Part shown: positions 11,273 through 23,768 of the stretch, one piece after another
How positions within the stretch are numbered: position 1 is the stretch's first letter
Layout: the number at the start of each line of letters is the position of its first letter
Assembly (NCBI RefSeq): GCF_016026235.1
Contig: NZ_CP065613.1
Direction: 5' to 3' (one strand)
DNA length: 64,000 nt
Source of the DNA: Escherichia coli
Lineage (GTDB): Bacteria > Pseudomonadota > Gammaproteobacteria > Enterobacterales > Enterobacteriaceae
Translations under genes and position numbers: made by a program
Notes under the pieces: model-generated
Told to the model about the DNA's origin: nothing
Databases searched by the model: none
What the model saw: the letters and a program-made list of their open reading frames with translations, nothing else

Positions 11273-12298
11273 ATGGCAACAATAAAAGATGTAGCGAAAC
11301 GAGCAAACGTTTCCACTACAACTGTGTCACACGTAATCAACAAAACACGTTTCGTCGCTGAAGAAACGCGCAACGCCGTGTGGGCAGCGATTAAAGAATT
11401 ACACTACTCCCCTAGCGCGGTGGCGCGTAGCCTGAAGGTTAACCACACCAAGTCTATCGGTTTGCTGGCGACCAGCAGCGAAGCGGCCTATTTTGCCGAG
11501 ATCATTGAAGCGGTTGAAAAAAATTGCTTCCAGAAAGGTTACACCCTGATTCTGGGTAATGCGTGGAACAATCTTGAGAAACAGCGGGCTTATCTGTCGA
11601 TGATGGCGCAAAAACGCGTCGATGGTCTGCTGGTGATGTGTTCTGAGTACCCAGAGCCGTTGCTGGCGATGCTGGAAGAGTATCGCCATATCCCAATGGT
11701 GGTGATGGACTGGGGTGAAGCAAAAGCTGACTTCACCGATGCGGTCATTGATAACGCGTTCGAAGGCGGCTACATGGCCGGGCGTTATCTGATTGAACGC
11801 GGTCACCGCGAAATCGGCGTCATCCCCGGCCCGCTGGAACGTAACACCGGCGCAGGCCGCCTTGCCGGTTTTATGAAGGCGATGGAAGAAGCGATGATCA
11901 AGGTGCCGGAAAGCTGGATTGTTCAGGGTGACTTTGAACCCGAATCTGGTTATCGCGCCATGCAGCAAATACTGTCGCAGCCGCATCGCCCTACTGCCGT
12001 CTTCTGTGGTGGCGATATCATGGCAATGGGCGCACTTTGTGCTGCTGATGAAATGGGTCTGCGCGTCCCGCAGGATGTTTCGCTGATCGGTTATGATAAC
12101 GTGCGCAACGCCCGCTATTTTACGCCGGCGCTAACCACGATCCACCAGCCAAAAGATTCGCTGGGTGAAACAGCGTTCAACATGCTGTTGGATCGTATCG
12201 TCAACAAACGTGAAGAACCGCAGTCCATTGAAGTGCATCCGCGCTTGATTGAACGCCGCTCCGTGGCTGACGGCCCGTTCCGCGACTATCGTCGTTAA
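11273..12298 (+). CDS. purR: Purine repressor (LacI family)
   Basis: 341 aa ORF with N-terminal LacI-type HTH ([23 protein letters not shown]). Confidence 0.95.
11301..11316 (+). promoter_or_regulatory. PurR operator O2 inside purR coding sequence
   Basis: GAGCAAACGTTTCCAC, second PurR-box-like palindrome ~30 bp into the ORF. Confidence 0.6.
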
Positions 12299-13227
12299 TC
12301 ACCCGTTGCGGGAGTCTCTTCCGGCTCCCGCAGCCACTCCTTATTCAGCGTCTCACTATCGCCGAGATACTCAAGCAGCCAGGTTAACGCAGGCGACATA
12401 TCATTTTGCTGCCATGTCAGACAACATGCCGAATCCGGAAAGGGGTTTTCCAGTTCTAATGCCACCCACTTCCCCTCATTAAGCCACGGTTTGGCGAAAT
12501 GTGTTGGCACCATCCCTATGCATAATCCTGCCGAGATACAGGTTGCCGATGATTCCCAGTCAGGCACGACAACTCTTTTTTGGTTATCCAGCAACCAGGT
12601 AATACGTTTAGGTAGCGTTCGCGAGGTGTCTTCGCGCACCAACGACGGCCAGTTGCGCAACGTATCATCGCTGAACGGGCCATCCATCAACGCCAGCGGG
12701 TGGTGGCTGGCAACAACGCAACTCCAGCTTAGCATCCCCATATCCCGGAAGGCATAACGACCGCCTACCGGAATCGCGCGTGTTGCGCCAATCGCCAGTT
12801 CCACGCGCCCATCGGAAAGCGCATCCCAGACACCGTTAAACACTTCCTGAAAGACCAGAAGTTCGACGTCGTCAAAATGGCGATAAAAATCAACGATCAT
12901 CTGCCGTGTACGTTCTGGCCTGACAATATTATCCACTGCGATAGCTAACTGACCGCGCCAGCCGTTCGCTATCTGCTGACATTGCTGGCGGGTGATCTGC
13001 ATTTTTTTGACAACAGAGCGCCCTTCTTTGAGAAACCACGCTCCGGCAGCGGTCAGTTCCACATCACGGTGCCGTCTTTCAAAGAGCGGCACCGCCAGCC
13101 ACTCTTCCAGCTGACGCACGGTATAGCTGACCGCAGAAGGAACGCGATGCAACTCCTGTGCCGCAGCGCTAAAACTACCATTACGCGCTACCGCATCAAC
13201 AACTTCGAGAGAATATTCTGACCACAT
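12295..13227 (-). CDS. punR: LysR-family transcriptional regulator (PunR/YdhB)
   Basis: 310 aa ORF with N-terminal LysR HTH; stop codon overlaps purR stop (TTAA); divergent from MFS gene. Confidence 0.85.
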
Positions 13228-13339
13228 AGTCTGCCTGCAAAATTTTTGAAACCAGTCATCAAATATTACCGTTTCACAACACTAATTTCACTCCCTACAC
13301 TTTGCGGCAGTGTTTAATTGAGAGATTTAGAGAATATAC

Positions 13340-14551
13340 ATGCAACCTGGGAAAAGATTTTTAGTCTGGCTGGCGGGTTTGAGCGTACTCGGTTTTCTGG
13401 CAACCGATATGTATCTGCCTGCTTTCGCCGCCATACAGGCCGACCTGCAAACGCCTGCGTCTGCTGTCAGTGCCAGCCTTAGTCTGTTCCTTGCCGGTTT
13501 TGCCGCAGCCCAGCTTCTGTGGGGGCCGCTCTCCGACCGTTATGGTCGTAAACCGGTGTTATTAATCGGCCTGACAATTTTTGCGTTAGGTAGTCTGGGG
13601 ATGCTGTGGGTAGAAAACGCCGCTACGCTGCTGGTATTGCGTTTTGTACAGGCTGTGGGTGTCTGCGCCGCGGCGGTTATCTGGCAAGCGTTAGTGACGG
13701 ATTATTATCCTTCACAGAAAGTTAACCGAATTTTTGCGACCATCATGCCGCTGGTGGGTCTATCTCCGGCCCTGGCTCCTCTGTTAGGAAGCTGGCTGCT
13801 GGTCCATTTTTCCTGGCAGGCGATTTTCGCCACCCTGTTTGCCATTACCGTGGTGCTGATTCTGCCTATTTTCTGGCTCAAACCCACGACGAAGGCCCGT
13901 AACAATAGTCAGGATGGTCTGACCTTTACCGACCTGCTACGTTCTAAAACCTATCGCGGCAACGTGCTGATATACGCGGCCTGTTCAGCCAGTTTTTTTG
14001 CATGGCTGACCGGTTCACCGTTCATCCTTAGTGAAATGGGCTACAGCCCGGCAGTTATTGGTTTAAGTTATGTCCCGCAAACTATCGCGTTTCTGATTGG
14101 TGGTTATGGCTGTCGCGCCGCGCTGCAGAAATGGCAAGGCAAGCAGTTATTACCGTGGTTGCTGGTGCTGTTTGCTGTCAGCGTCATTGCGACCTGGGCT
14201 GCGGGCTTCATTAGCCATGTGTCGCTGGTCGAAATCCTGATCCCATTCTGTGTGATGGCGATTGCCAATGGCGCGATCTACCCTATTGTTGTCGCCCAGG
14301 CGCTGCGTCCCTTCCCACACGCAACTGGTCGCGCCGCAGCGTTGCAGAACACTCTACAACTGGGTCTGTGCTTCCTCGCAAGTCTGGTAGTTTCCTGGCT
14401 TATTAGTATCAGCACGCCATTGCTCACCACCACCAGCGTGATGTTATCAACAGTAGTGCTGGTCGCGCTGGGTTACATGATGCAACGTTGTGAAGAAGCT
14501 GGCTGCCAGAATCATGGCAATGCCGAAGTCGCTCATAGCGAATCACACTGA
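13340..14551 (+). CDS. punC: MFS efflux transporter (PunC/YdhC)
   Basis: 403 aa hydrophobic ORF, MFS motif [11 protein letters not shown]. Confidence 0.85.
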   Translation: MQPGKRFLVWLAGLSVLGFLATDMYLPAFAAIQADLQTPASAVSASLSLFLAGFAAAQLLWGPLSDRYGRKPVLLIGLTIFALGSLGMLWVENAATLLVLRFVQAVGVCAAAVIWQALVTDYYPSQKVNRIFATIMPLVGLSPALAPLLGSWLLVHFSWQAIFATLFAITVVLILPIFWLKPTTKARNNSQDGLTFTDLLRSKTYRGNVLIYAACSASFFAWLTGSPFILSEMGYSPAVIGLSYVPQTIAFLIGGYGCRAALQKWQGKQLLPWLLVLFAVSVIATWAAGFISHVSLVEILIPFCVMAIANGAIYPIVVAQALRPFPHATGRAAALQNTLQLGLCFLASLVVSWLISISTPLLTTTSVMLSTVVLVALGYMMQRCEEAGCQNHGNAEVAHSESH

Positions 14552-14841
14552 TCTATATCGATATACTTATACTTAGGCTGCTAACAAAATTTTGTTGTAT
14601 GATTGAAATTAGCGGCCTATACTAATTTCGAGTTGTTAAAGCTACGATAAATATTATGTTTTTACGGGGACAGGATCGTTCCCGACTCACTATGGATGGT
14701 CATTTCGGCAAGGGTTCCTCCTTTCCCTCTGTTCTACGTCGGATTATAGACTCGCGGTTTTTTCTGCGAGATTTCTCACAAAGCCCAAAAAGCGTCTACG
14801 CTGTTTTAAGGTTCTGATCACCGACCAGTGATGGAGAAACT

Positions 14842-15990
14842 ATGAGTTCATCGTGTATAGAAGAAGTCAGTGTACCGGATGACAACTGGTACCGTATCGC
14901 CAACGAATTACTTAGCCGTGCCGGTATAGCCATTAACGGTTCTGCCCCGGCGGATATTCGTGTGAAAAACCCCGATTTTTTTAAACGCGTTCTGCAAGAA
15001 GGCTCTTTGGGGTTAGGCGAAAGTTATATGGATGGCTGGTGGGAATGTGACCGACTGGATATGTTTTTTAGCAAAGTCTTACGCGCAGGTCTCGAGAACC
15101 AACTCCCCCATCATTTCAAAGACACGCTGCGTATTGCCGGCGCCCGTCTCTTCAATCTGCAGAGTAAAAAACGTGCCTGGATAGTCGGCAAAGAGCATTA
15201 CGATTTGGGTAATGACTTGTTCAGTCGCATGCTTGATCCCTTCATGCAATATTCCTGCGCTTACTGGAAAGATGCCGATAATCTGGAATCTGCCCAGCAG
15301 GCGAAGCTCAAAATGATTTGTGAAAAATTGCAGTTAAAACCAGGGATGCGCGTACTGGATATTGGCTGCGGCTGGGGCGGACTGGCGCACTACATGGCAT
15401 CTAACTATGACGTAAGCGTGGTCGGCGTCACCATTTCTGCCGAACAGCAAAAAATGGCTCAGGAACGCTGTGAAGGCCTGGATGTCACCATTTTGCTGCA
15501 AGATTATCGTGACCTGAACGACCAGTTTGATCGTATTGTTTCTGTGGGGATGTTCGAGCACGTCGGACCGAAAAATTACGATACCTATTTTGCGGTGGTG
15601 GATCGTAATTTGAAACCGGAAGGTATATTCCTGCTCCATACTATCGGTTCGAAAAAAACCGATCTGAATGTTGATCCCTGGATTAATAAATATATTTTTC
15701 CGAACGGTTGCCTGCCCTCTGTACGCCAGATTGCTCAGTCCAGCGAACCCCACTTTGTGATGGAAGACTGGCATAACTTCGGTGCTGATTACGATACTAC
15801 GTTGATGGCGTGGTATGAACGATTCCTCGCCGCATGGCCAGAAATTGCGGATAACTACAGTGAACGCTTTAAACGAATGTTTACCTATTATCTGAATGCT
15901 TGTGCAGGTGCTTTCCGCGCCCGTGATATTCAGCTCTGGCAGGTGGTGTTCTCACGCGGTGTTGAAAACGGCCTTCGAGTCGCTCGCTAA
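14842..15990 (+). CDS. cfa: Cyclopropane-fatty-acyl-phospholipid synthase
   Basis: 382 aa ORF with SAM-methyltransferase motif (VLDIGCGWGG); long 5' leader upstream. Confidence 0.93.
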   Translation: MSSSCIEEVSVPDDNWYRIANELLSRAGIAINGSAPADIRVKNPDFFKRVLQEGSLGLGESYMDGWWECDRLDMFFSKVLRAGLENQLPHHFKDTLRIAGARLFNLQSKKRAWIVGKEHYDLGNDLFSRMLDPFMQYSCAYWKDADNLESAQQAKLKMICEKLQLKPGMRVLDIGCGWGGLAHYMASNYDVSVVGVTISAEQQKMAQERCEGLDVTILLQDYRDLNDQFDRIVSVGMFEHVGPKNYDTYFAVVDRNLKPEGIFLLHTIGSKKTDLNVDPWINKYIFPNGCLPSVRQIAQSSEPHFVMEDWHNFGADYDTTLMAWYERFLAAWPEIADNYSERFKRMFTYYLNACAGAFRARDIQLWQVVFSRGVENGLRVAR

Positions 15991-16001
15991 AGGCTATTCT
16001 A

Positions 16002-16022
16002 TCGCCCCCTCTTCGGGGGCGA
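16002..16022. terminator. Hairpin between convergent cfa and ribC
   Basis: TCGCCCCC TCTTC GGGGGCGA GC-rich inverted repeat. Confidence 0.55.
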
Positions 16023-16029
16023 GTTCAGA

Positions 16030-16671
16030 TCAGGCTTCTGTACCTGGTTGATTCATGGCATTTTCTCGTGCCGCCAGCACACGTTCTACCGTATCTACCA
16101 CTGCCTGAGTTTGTGGATCAATTTCAATGTTGACGCGTGCGCCGAGTTTTTTCTTCCCAAGAGTCGTGCGTTCCAGTGTTTCCGGAATTAAATGGACGCA
16201 AAAACGCGTTGGCGTGACTTCGCCGACGGTCAGGCTAATACCGTCGATGCCAATAAATCCTTTGTACAGAATATATTTCATCAACTGACTATCCTGGACT
16301 TTAAACCAGATCTGGCGATTATTTTCTGAGGTTAATATTTTCGCCACTTCAGCAGTGGTCATAATATGACCTGACATTAAGTGTCCGCCAATTTCATCAC
16401 TGAATTTCGCCGCACGCTCAACGTTTACCCAATCCCCCACTTTTAAATCGCCAAGATTGGTAATGCGTAACGTTTCTTTCATCAGGTCAAAACTGACATG
16501 GTTGCCGTTAATTTCCGTCACGGTCAGGCAGCAACCGTTATGCGCCACGGACGCACCGGTTTCCAGGCCGTCCAGCATGTGGTCGGGTAACTCCACCACA
16601 TGCGTACGAAAATTTGGTTTCTCGTCAATCGACACCAGTTTTGCGGTGCCCTGTACAATCCCCGTAAACAT
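16030..16671 (-). CDS. ribC: Riboflavin synthase alpha subunit
   Basis: 213 aa [11 protein letters not shown]... lumazine-binding repeats. Confidence 0.92.
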   Translation of the reverse strand: MFTGIVQGTAKLVSIDEKPNFRTHVVELPDHMLDGLETGASVAHNGCCLTVTEINGNHVSFDLMKETLRITNLGDLKVGDWVNVERAAKFSDEIGGHLMSGHIMTTAEVAKILTSENNRQIWFKVQDSQLMKYILYKGFIGIDGISLTVGEVTPTRFCVHLIPETLERTTLGKKKLGARVNIEIDPQTQAVVDTVERVLAARENAMNQPGTEA

Positions 16672-16864
16672 ACTTACAACTCCTGAAATCAGTTAAGACA
16701 TTCTGTTCAGCACAATAGCAGGTGGCAAACGCCCTTACCAGTGAAGGGGTAAGAATGACTATTTTTTCACTGGAGAATTAATAAATCCTCGCTACAATAG
16801 ACTGAATTTCCCCTGCTTCTTCTTTTTGCTGCCCATTCAGGCGGCTTTTTAGTCTCTCATATAA

Positions 16865-18259
<1,395 letters not shown>

Positions 18260-18267
18260 TAAAGACA

Positions 18268-18300
18268 AGGCGCAACCTTCACGGGTTGCGCCTGTGTTTT
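18268..18300. terminator. Bidirectional terminator between mdtK and ydhQ
   Basis: AGGCGCAACC ... GGTTGCGCCT hairpin followed by TGTGTTTTT. Confidence 0.7.
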
Positions 18301-19556
18301 TACGCAGGCTGGAGCGTTGCGCCAATCCCGTCTTCGTCTGGCTGTAGTTTCAGTGCGTTACACAGAGTTTGCCGACTGGCATCTGTTATCTCAACGTGTA
18401 TATCACCGGTAACTTCCCCTTTCACATTGATGAAGTCAGGTGAGATTTCTTTCGCACTGGTTTGCAGGCAAATCGCTCCCTCTCCGCGCAGGCGTTTCAC
18501 TTTCAGTTGCACATACGTTGCCGCACCAGTGATCAGCCACAGTTTTCCGCCATTCAGATTGATGTTACCAACAACAAAAGTGACACCGTCACCTTTTACC
18601 GTACTGCCGTCGAGAATCAACACACCGCCCTGCTGTACAGTAATCGTTGATTGTTGCAGATCTGCGCCATAGCCAATAATCATTGAAGCGCCGTCCAGTA
18701 ATGCAACACTCCCGGTCAGTTCAACCGGTGCGCGATCTTCCTCTACGACAAAATTTTCGTCCGCGCTGGTGGGTGACAACAGGATCACTGTTCCACCTTG
18801 TATTACCGCATTTTCCAGCGTACCGGCATGCACTTCAGCCCGACCACCCACATTCACGGACAGGTTTTGCGTCTTACCGGAACTGTAGAGCTGAAGGCCA
18901 TCCGTCCCCAGACGATAAATGGATCCATTCTCAACAATAGTGTCAGAGTCTTCACCACCGAGATTATTCATGGTGCCACCAGCAAGCAACGTATCACTGG
19001 CTTTCCCGGCCAGCATAAAAACGCCGCCCTGATTAATCTCACAATTGCTGGCTTCCCCACCTGGATACACCAACAATTCACCACCTTCATCTACCACGAC
19101 CGCTGAGGTTGTCCCATTAACCAACAGGCCGCCCTCTTGATCGAGAATGATTTTTCCCGCGCGATGTCCTTCCAGTACACGCAGGTTACCGCCATTTTCC
19201 AGCAACAAACCGCAGGCATAACCCTGATCAACGCTGAATTCACCTTCGGGATGGCGGCCATTAACCGTAGCGAGCGTAGAGAGACTAATTGCGCCTCCCT
19301 CGGACTGAACAATATCTGTGGCAATGGCACCGTCGCTGACCGATAGCGTGCCATTGTTACCGTACTGTGTGCATTTGGCGATCCCACCGGTTGCCACTTT
19401 CAACCAGCCAGCCCCCGTGACCACGGTATTTTCGGCTCTTCCGCCAGCTTCAACAATCAACTCGCCTTCAGTAAGTTGCGTCGCGCCAATGACCTCGCCG
19501 GTCTTAACAATTTGCACATTCCCGTCGTTCATCAAGTTTTTCGCATCAGATCCCAT
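18300..19556 (-). CDS. ydhQ: Autotransporter-adhesin-related repeat protein YdhQ
   Basis: 418 aa Gly/Thr/Asn-rich beta-helix-like repeats. Confidence 0.8.
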   Translation of the reverse strand: MGSDAKNLMNDGNVQIVKTGEVIGATQLTEGELIVEAGGRAENTVVTGAGWLKVATGGIAKCTQYGNNGTLSVSDGAIATDIVQSEGGAISLSTLATVNGRHPEGEFSVDQGYACGLLLENGGNLRVLEGHRAGKIILDQEGGLLVNGTTSAVVVDEGGELLVYPGGEASNCEINQGGVFMLAGKASDTLLAGGTMNNLGGEDSDTIVENGSIYRLGTDGLQLYSSGKTQNLSVNVGGRAEVHAGTLENAVIQGGTVILLSPTSADENFVVEEDRAPVELTGSVALLDGASMIIGYGADLQQSTITVQQGGVLILDGSTVKGDGVTFVVGNINLNGGKLWLITGAATYVQLKVKRLRGEGAICLQTSAKEISPDFINVKGEVTGDIHVEITDASRQTLCNALKLQPDEDGIGATLQPA

Positions 19557-19863
19557 GATTTATTCCTTTGCTGCATCTGTGTGCCTTTATTGCTACCTAA
19601 GTGTAAAGGCTACGGAGGATTTATCCACGACAGATTTGAGATGGTGGCAAACAACTCTGTTTAAACTCTGATACACGAATTATTGGGTTGTATCAGATGT
19701 AAATGCGATCCTGAATAAAAATCGCCCTTGCAAATCAACAAAATATAGCCAATTTGCTTAAAAGCTCTGCAAACGGTCGAAATAGCGCAGAAAATTACGT
19801 TTTGCCTCTTGCCACCTTCCCACTCTGCCGCTAATATTCGTCCCCGTTGTCACCTACAACGTT

Positions 19864-19940
19864 GCGTTCATAGCTCAGTTGGTTAGAGCACCACCTTGAC
19901 ATGGTGGGGGTCGTTGGTTCGAGTCCAATTGAACGCACCA
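19864..19940 (+). tRNA. valV: tRNA-Val (anticodon GAC)
   Basis: 77 nt cloverleaf; GCGTTCATAGCTCAGTTGGTTAGAGC..., anticodon loop CTTGACATGG, 3' CCA encoded. Confidence 0.92.
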
Positions 19941-19944
19941 TCCT

Positions 19945-20021
19945 GCGTCCGTAGCTCAGTTGGTTAGAGCACCACCTTGACATGGTGGGGGTCGGTGGTT
20001 CGAGTCCACTCGGACGCACCA
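19945..20021 (+). tRNA. valW: tRNA-Val (anticodon GAC), tandem copy
   Basis: 77 nt, 4 nt after valV, differs at a few acceptor/T-stem positions; 3' CCA encoded. Confidence 0.92.
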
Positions 20022-20128
20022 GATTTTCTTAATCTGGTCTTCTCCTTTTTCCCTCTGTTTCTTCTCTGTATCCAATACGTTAAAAGATTTACACTGTCTT
20101 CGTATGCGTTATCAGAAGGAGAATCGCT

Positions 20129-20434
20129 ATGGCAACTTTGTTACAACTTCATTTTGCTTTTAATGGCCCATTTGGCGACGCAATGGCTGAGCAGCTTAAA
20201 CCGCTTGCTGAGTCGATTAATCAGGAACCTGGTTTTCTGTGGAAGGTATGGACAGAAAGTGAAAAGAACCACGAAGCCGGTGGGATCTATCTTTTTACTG
20301 ATGAAAAAAGCGCCCTTGCCTATCTGGAAAAACATACTGCCCGACTTAAAAATCTCGGCGTTGAGGAAGTTGTCGCCAAAGTTTTCGATGTCAATGAGCC
20401 ACTGAGTCAAATCAATCAGGCAAAACTCGCCTGA
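20129..20434 (+). CDS. ydhR: Small conserved protein YdhR (putative monooxygenase-like)
   Basis: 101 aa ORF with RBS AAGGAGAA. Confidence 0.85.
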
Positions 20435-20446
20435 CAGAATTTAATC

Positions 20447-20467
20447 AAGGGCGGTTAGCGCCCTTTT
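20447..20467 (+). terminator. Rho-independent terminator after ydhR
   Basis: AAGGGCG GTTA GCGCCCTT followed by TTT. Confidence 0.7.
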
Positions 20468-20559
20468 CATCCCTGTCTGAAATTTCTCAAATTCTAAAAA
20501 TCTCAACCAAACTTATCTGATAACACTAAATTCGAAAGAATGCGTACAGGTAAGTAACA

Positions 20560-21771
20560 ATGAAAAAAATTGCTATTGTGGGTGCCGGGCCTACGGGGAT
20601 CTACACCTTATTCTCGCTTCTACAGCAACAAACTCCACTTTCTATTTCTATCTTCGAGCAGGCTGACGAGGCCGGTGTCGGGATGCCATACAGTGATGAG
20701 GAAAACTCAAAAATGATGCTGGCAAATATTGCCAGTATTGAAATACCGCCGATTAATTGTACGTATCTCGAATGGCTACAAAAGCAAGAAGCCAGCCATC
20801 TCCAGCGTTATGGCGTTAAAAAAGAAACCTTGCACGATCGTCAGTTTTTACCGCGAATTCTGCTGGGCGAATATTTCCGCGATCAATTTTTACGATTAGT
20901 AGACCAGGCACGACAGCAAAAATTTGCAGTGGCTGTTTATGAATCATGCCAGGTTACCGATCTGCAAATTACAAATGCTGGCGTCATGCTCGCTACAAAT
21001 CAGGATTTACCCAGCGAGACGTTTGATTTAGCGGTGATTGCCACGGGTCACGTCTGGCCTGATGAAGAAGAAGCAACCAGAACGTATTTTCCCAGTCCGT
21101 GGTCAGGCCTGATGGAAGCAAAGGTCGATGCGTGTAACGTGGGTATTATGGGAACATCCTTGAGCGGACTGGATGCGGCAATGGCAGTGGCTATTCAGCA
21201 TGGTTCGTTCATTGAAGATGATAAACAACACGTCGTTTTTAACCGCGATAACGCAAGTGAAAAGCTAAATATTACGTTGATGTCGCGCACGGGTATTTTA
21301 CCCGAAGCCGATTTCTATTGCCCTATTCCCTACGAGCCCTTACACATCGTCACCGATCAGGCATTAAATGCTGAGATTCAAAAAGGTGAAGAGGGCCTTT
21401 TGGATCGGGTATTTAGATTGATAGTAGAGGAAATCAAGTTTGCTGATCCAGACTGGAGCCAACGCATAGCCTTAGAGAGCCTGAATGTCGATTCCTTTGC
21501 TCAAGCTTGGTTTGCCGAGCGCAAACAACGCGACCCATTTGACTGGGCAGAAAAAAATCTCCAGGAAGTCGAACGCAATAAACGAGAAAAACATACTGTT
21601 CCCTGGCGTTATGTCATTCTGCGCCTGCATGAAGCCGTACAGGAAATTGTTCCACATCTGAATGAACACGACCATAAACGGTTCAGTAAAGGCCTTGCCC
21701 GGGTTTTTATCGATAATTATGCGGCAATCCCTTCAGAGTCTATTCGTCGGCTGCTGGCCTTACGTGAAGCG
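20560..21771 (+). pseudogene. ydhS: FAD/NAD(P)-binding protein YdhS, 5' portion interrupted by IS1
   Basis: N-terminal GAGPTG Rossmann motif; frame broken at codon ~404 by IS1 left end. Confidence 0.85.
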
Positions 21772-21786
21772 GGTAATGACTCCAAC

Positions 21787-22290
21787 TTACTGATAGTGTT
21801 TTATGTTCAGATAATGCCCGATGACCTTGTCATGCAGCTCCACCGATTTTGAGAACGACAGTGACTTCCGTCCCAGCCTTGCCAGATGTTGTCTCAGATT
21901 CAGATTATGTCGCTCAATGCGCTGAGTGTAACGCTTGCTGATAACGTGCAGCTTTCCCTTCAGGCGTGATTCATACAGCGGCCAGCCATCCGTCATCCAT
22001 ACCACGACCTCAAAGGCCGACAGCAGGCTCAGAAGACGCTCCAGTGTGGCCAGAGTGCGTTCACCGAAGACGTGCGCCACAACCGTCCTCCGTATCCTGT
22101 CATACGCGTAAAACAGCCAGCGCTGACGTGATTTAGCACCGACGTAGCCCCACTGTTCGTCCATTTCAGCGCAGACAATCACATCACTGCCCGGTTGTAT
22201 GCGCGAGGTTACCGACTGCGGCCTGAGTTTTTTAAGTGACGTAAAACCGTGTTGAGGCCAACGCCCATAATGCGTGCACTGGCGCGACAT
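21787..22290 (-). CDS. insB: IS1 transposase InsB segment
   Basis: 167 aa ORF recognised as IS1 InsB. Confidence 0.9.
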   Translation of the reverse strand: MSRQCTHYGRWPQHGFTSLKKLRPQSVTSRIQPGSDVIVCAEMDEQWGYVGAKSRQRWLFYAYDRIRRTVVAHVFGERTLATLERLLSLLSAFEVVVWMTDGWPLYESRLKGKLHVISKRYTQRIERHNLNLRQHLARLGRKSLSFSKSVELHDKVIGHYLNIKHYQ

Positions 22291-22484
22291 CCGACGCCAT
22301 TCATGGCCATATCAATGATTTTCTGGTGCGTACCGGGCTGAGAGGCGGTGTAAGTGAACTGTAGTTGCCATGTTTTACGGCAATGAGAGCAGAGATAGCG
22401 CTGATGTCCGGCAGTGCTTTTGCCGTTACGCACCACGCCTTCAGTAGCGGAGCAGGAAGGACATCTGATGGAAATGGAAGCCAC
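22209..22484 (-). CDS. insA: IS1 InsA
   Basis: 91 aa ORF with zinc-finger CxxC..CxxC, overlaps insB as in IS1. Confidence 0.9.
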   Translation of the reverse strand: MASISIRCPSCSATEGVVRNGKSTAGHQRYLCSHCRKTWQLQFTYTASQPGTHQKIIDMAMNGVGCRASARIMGVGLNTVLRHLKNSGRSR

Positions 22485-22539
22485 GCAAGCACCTTAAAAT
22501 CACCATCATACACTAAATCAGTAAGTTGGCAGCATTACC

Positions 22540-22941
22540 CGTGAAGCGGGGATCATTCATATTCTCGCCCTCGGTGAAGACTACGAAATGGAAATTAATG
22601 AGTCGCGCACCGTCCTGAAAACGGAAGACAACAGCTACTCGTTTGACGTTTTTATTGATGCCCGCGGACAGCGTCCGCTTAAAGTGAAAGATATTCCTTT
22701 CCCTGGGCTACGCGAGCAATTACAGAAAACAGGGGATGAAATCCCTGATGTTGGCGAAGATTATACGTTACAGCAACCCGAAGATATTCGTGGACGCGTA
22801 GCGTTCGGCGCGTTGCCCTGGTTGATGCACGACCAGCCTTTCGTTCAGGGACTTACGGCATGTGCAGAAATTGGTGAGGCGATGGCCCGAGCGGTCGTAA
22901 AACCTGCATCCCGTGCACGTCGGCGTCTTTCGTTTGATTAA
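22540..22941 (+). pseudogene. ydhS: YdhS 3' portion
   Basis: Frame continues from the target duplication (REAGIIHILALGEDYEMEINES...) to stop at 22941; same phase as the 5' part once IS1 is removed. Confidence 0.85.
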
Positions 22942-22952
22942 AGGTAAAGCTA

Positions 22953-23765
22953 TCAGCACTCAACAAACTGATGCTGTTCATTAAGACGATAGCGGACTCC
23001 GGCTCGAATATTGTTTTCACCTTCAATGGCGACGGCGAAGCGAACTCTTTCGCCGTCATGATATGCCAGTGCGGCGCTTCCCCCTGGCCCGAGAATAATT
23101 GAGTCGACCACGCCCGTGCTCACTACCGTTGAATTTTCACCGCTGGCAATGATGTGTACATTGTCGCCGCTGTTGGCAATTCTGGCGTTTGCGCCAAAGC
23201 TGGCGATTTGCGCCAGGTCACCATTACTGGCGACATGACACCGTTCACCCAATGTACAAACGCGTACTCGCATTCCGGTGTTCGCAATCCGACTACTATC
23301 TCCAGCGCTGCTTATCCGCGAAGAATTACCGGTTACAGCAACCCGTGCGCGTTCACCGGAGCTGCCAATGTGACTGTTAAAGCCGACACTTCCAATCCGC
23401 ACGCTATAACCCATACTGGCAATTTGCGCGGCATACCCAGCGGTTGCGATTCGGGCGTTATCCTCACAACAGCCGATGCGAGCATGATCGTCGCTGCGGG
23501 CAAACTGACTGCAAAATGGTATCTCTCCGTGGTCTGTGGCCAGTTTTTGCATAGAGGAAACTTCCTGATGCGCGAAGTTTTCATCCGCCAGCCATTTTTT
23601 CCACGCATACTCAACCAGACTCTCCGCCCAGTCCGTATATCCTTCCTCAATCAGTGCATGATGAATATCGGCATAACTACCGCCGCGTGGGAAATGGCGC
23701 AGGAACCAGCGATACATCACCGCTCCGATACGCCATTCTCGCAGGTCTGCTCGTGTAATGATCAT
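22953..23765 (-). CDS. ydhT: YdhT, last gene of ydhYVWXUT operon; repeat-containing protein
   Basis: 270 aa ORF; C-terminal two thirds made of ~7-residue repeats (xRIxxxG). Confidence 0.8.
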   Translation of the reverse strand: MIITRADLREWRIGAVMYRWFLRHFPRGGSYADIHHALIEEGYTDWAESLVEYAWKKWLADENFAHQEVSSMQKLATDHGEIPFCSQFARSDDHARIGCCEDNARIATAGYAAQIASMGYSVRIGSVGFNSHIGSSGERARVAVTGNSSRISSAGDSSRIANTGMRVRVCTLGERCHVASNGDLAQIASFGANARIANSGDNVHIIASGENSTVVSTGVVDSIILGPGGSAALAYHDGERVRFAVAIEGENNIRAGVRYRLNEQHQFVEC

Positions 23766-23768
23766 TCG

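Larger units (their letters stand above)
21772..22539 (-). mobile_element. IS1 insertion sequence (768 bp)
   Basis: Terminal repeats GGTAATGACTCCAACTTACTGAT (21772-) and ...ATCAGTAAGTTGGCAGCATTACC (-22539); 9 bp target duplication CGTGAAGCG at 21763-21771 and 22540-22548; insA/insB ORFs. Confidence 0.93.

Noticed and set aside
12295-12298. Overlap of the convergent purR and punR stop codons (TTAA) as something unusual
   Set aside because: Gene ends overlap with no terminator between them, but both genes are intact and the arrangement looks ancestral rather than novel
18683-19106. Plus-strand ORFs opposite ydhQ
   Set aside because: Artefacts of the Gly/Thr-rich repeat coding sequence on the other strand
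19864-20560. Genomic island or prophage integrated at the tandem tRNA-Val genes
   Set aside because: No integrase, no direct repeat of the tRNA 3' end, and the flanking genes ydhQ and ydhR are the normal neighbours
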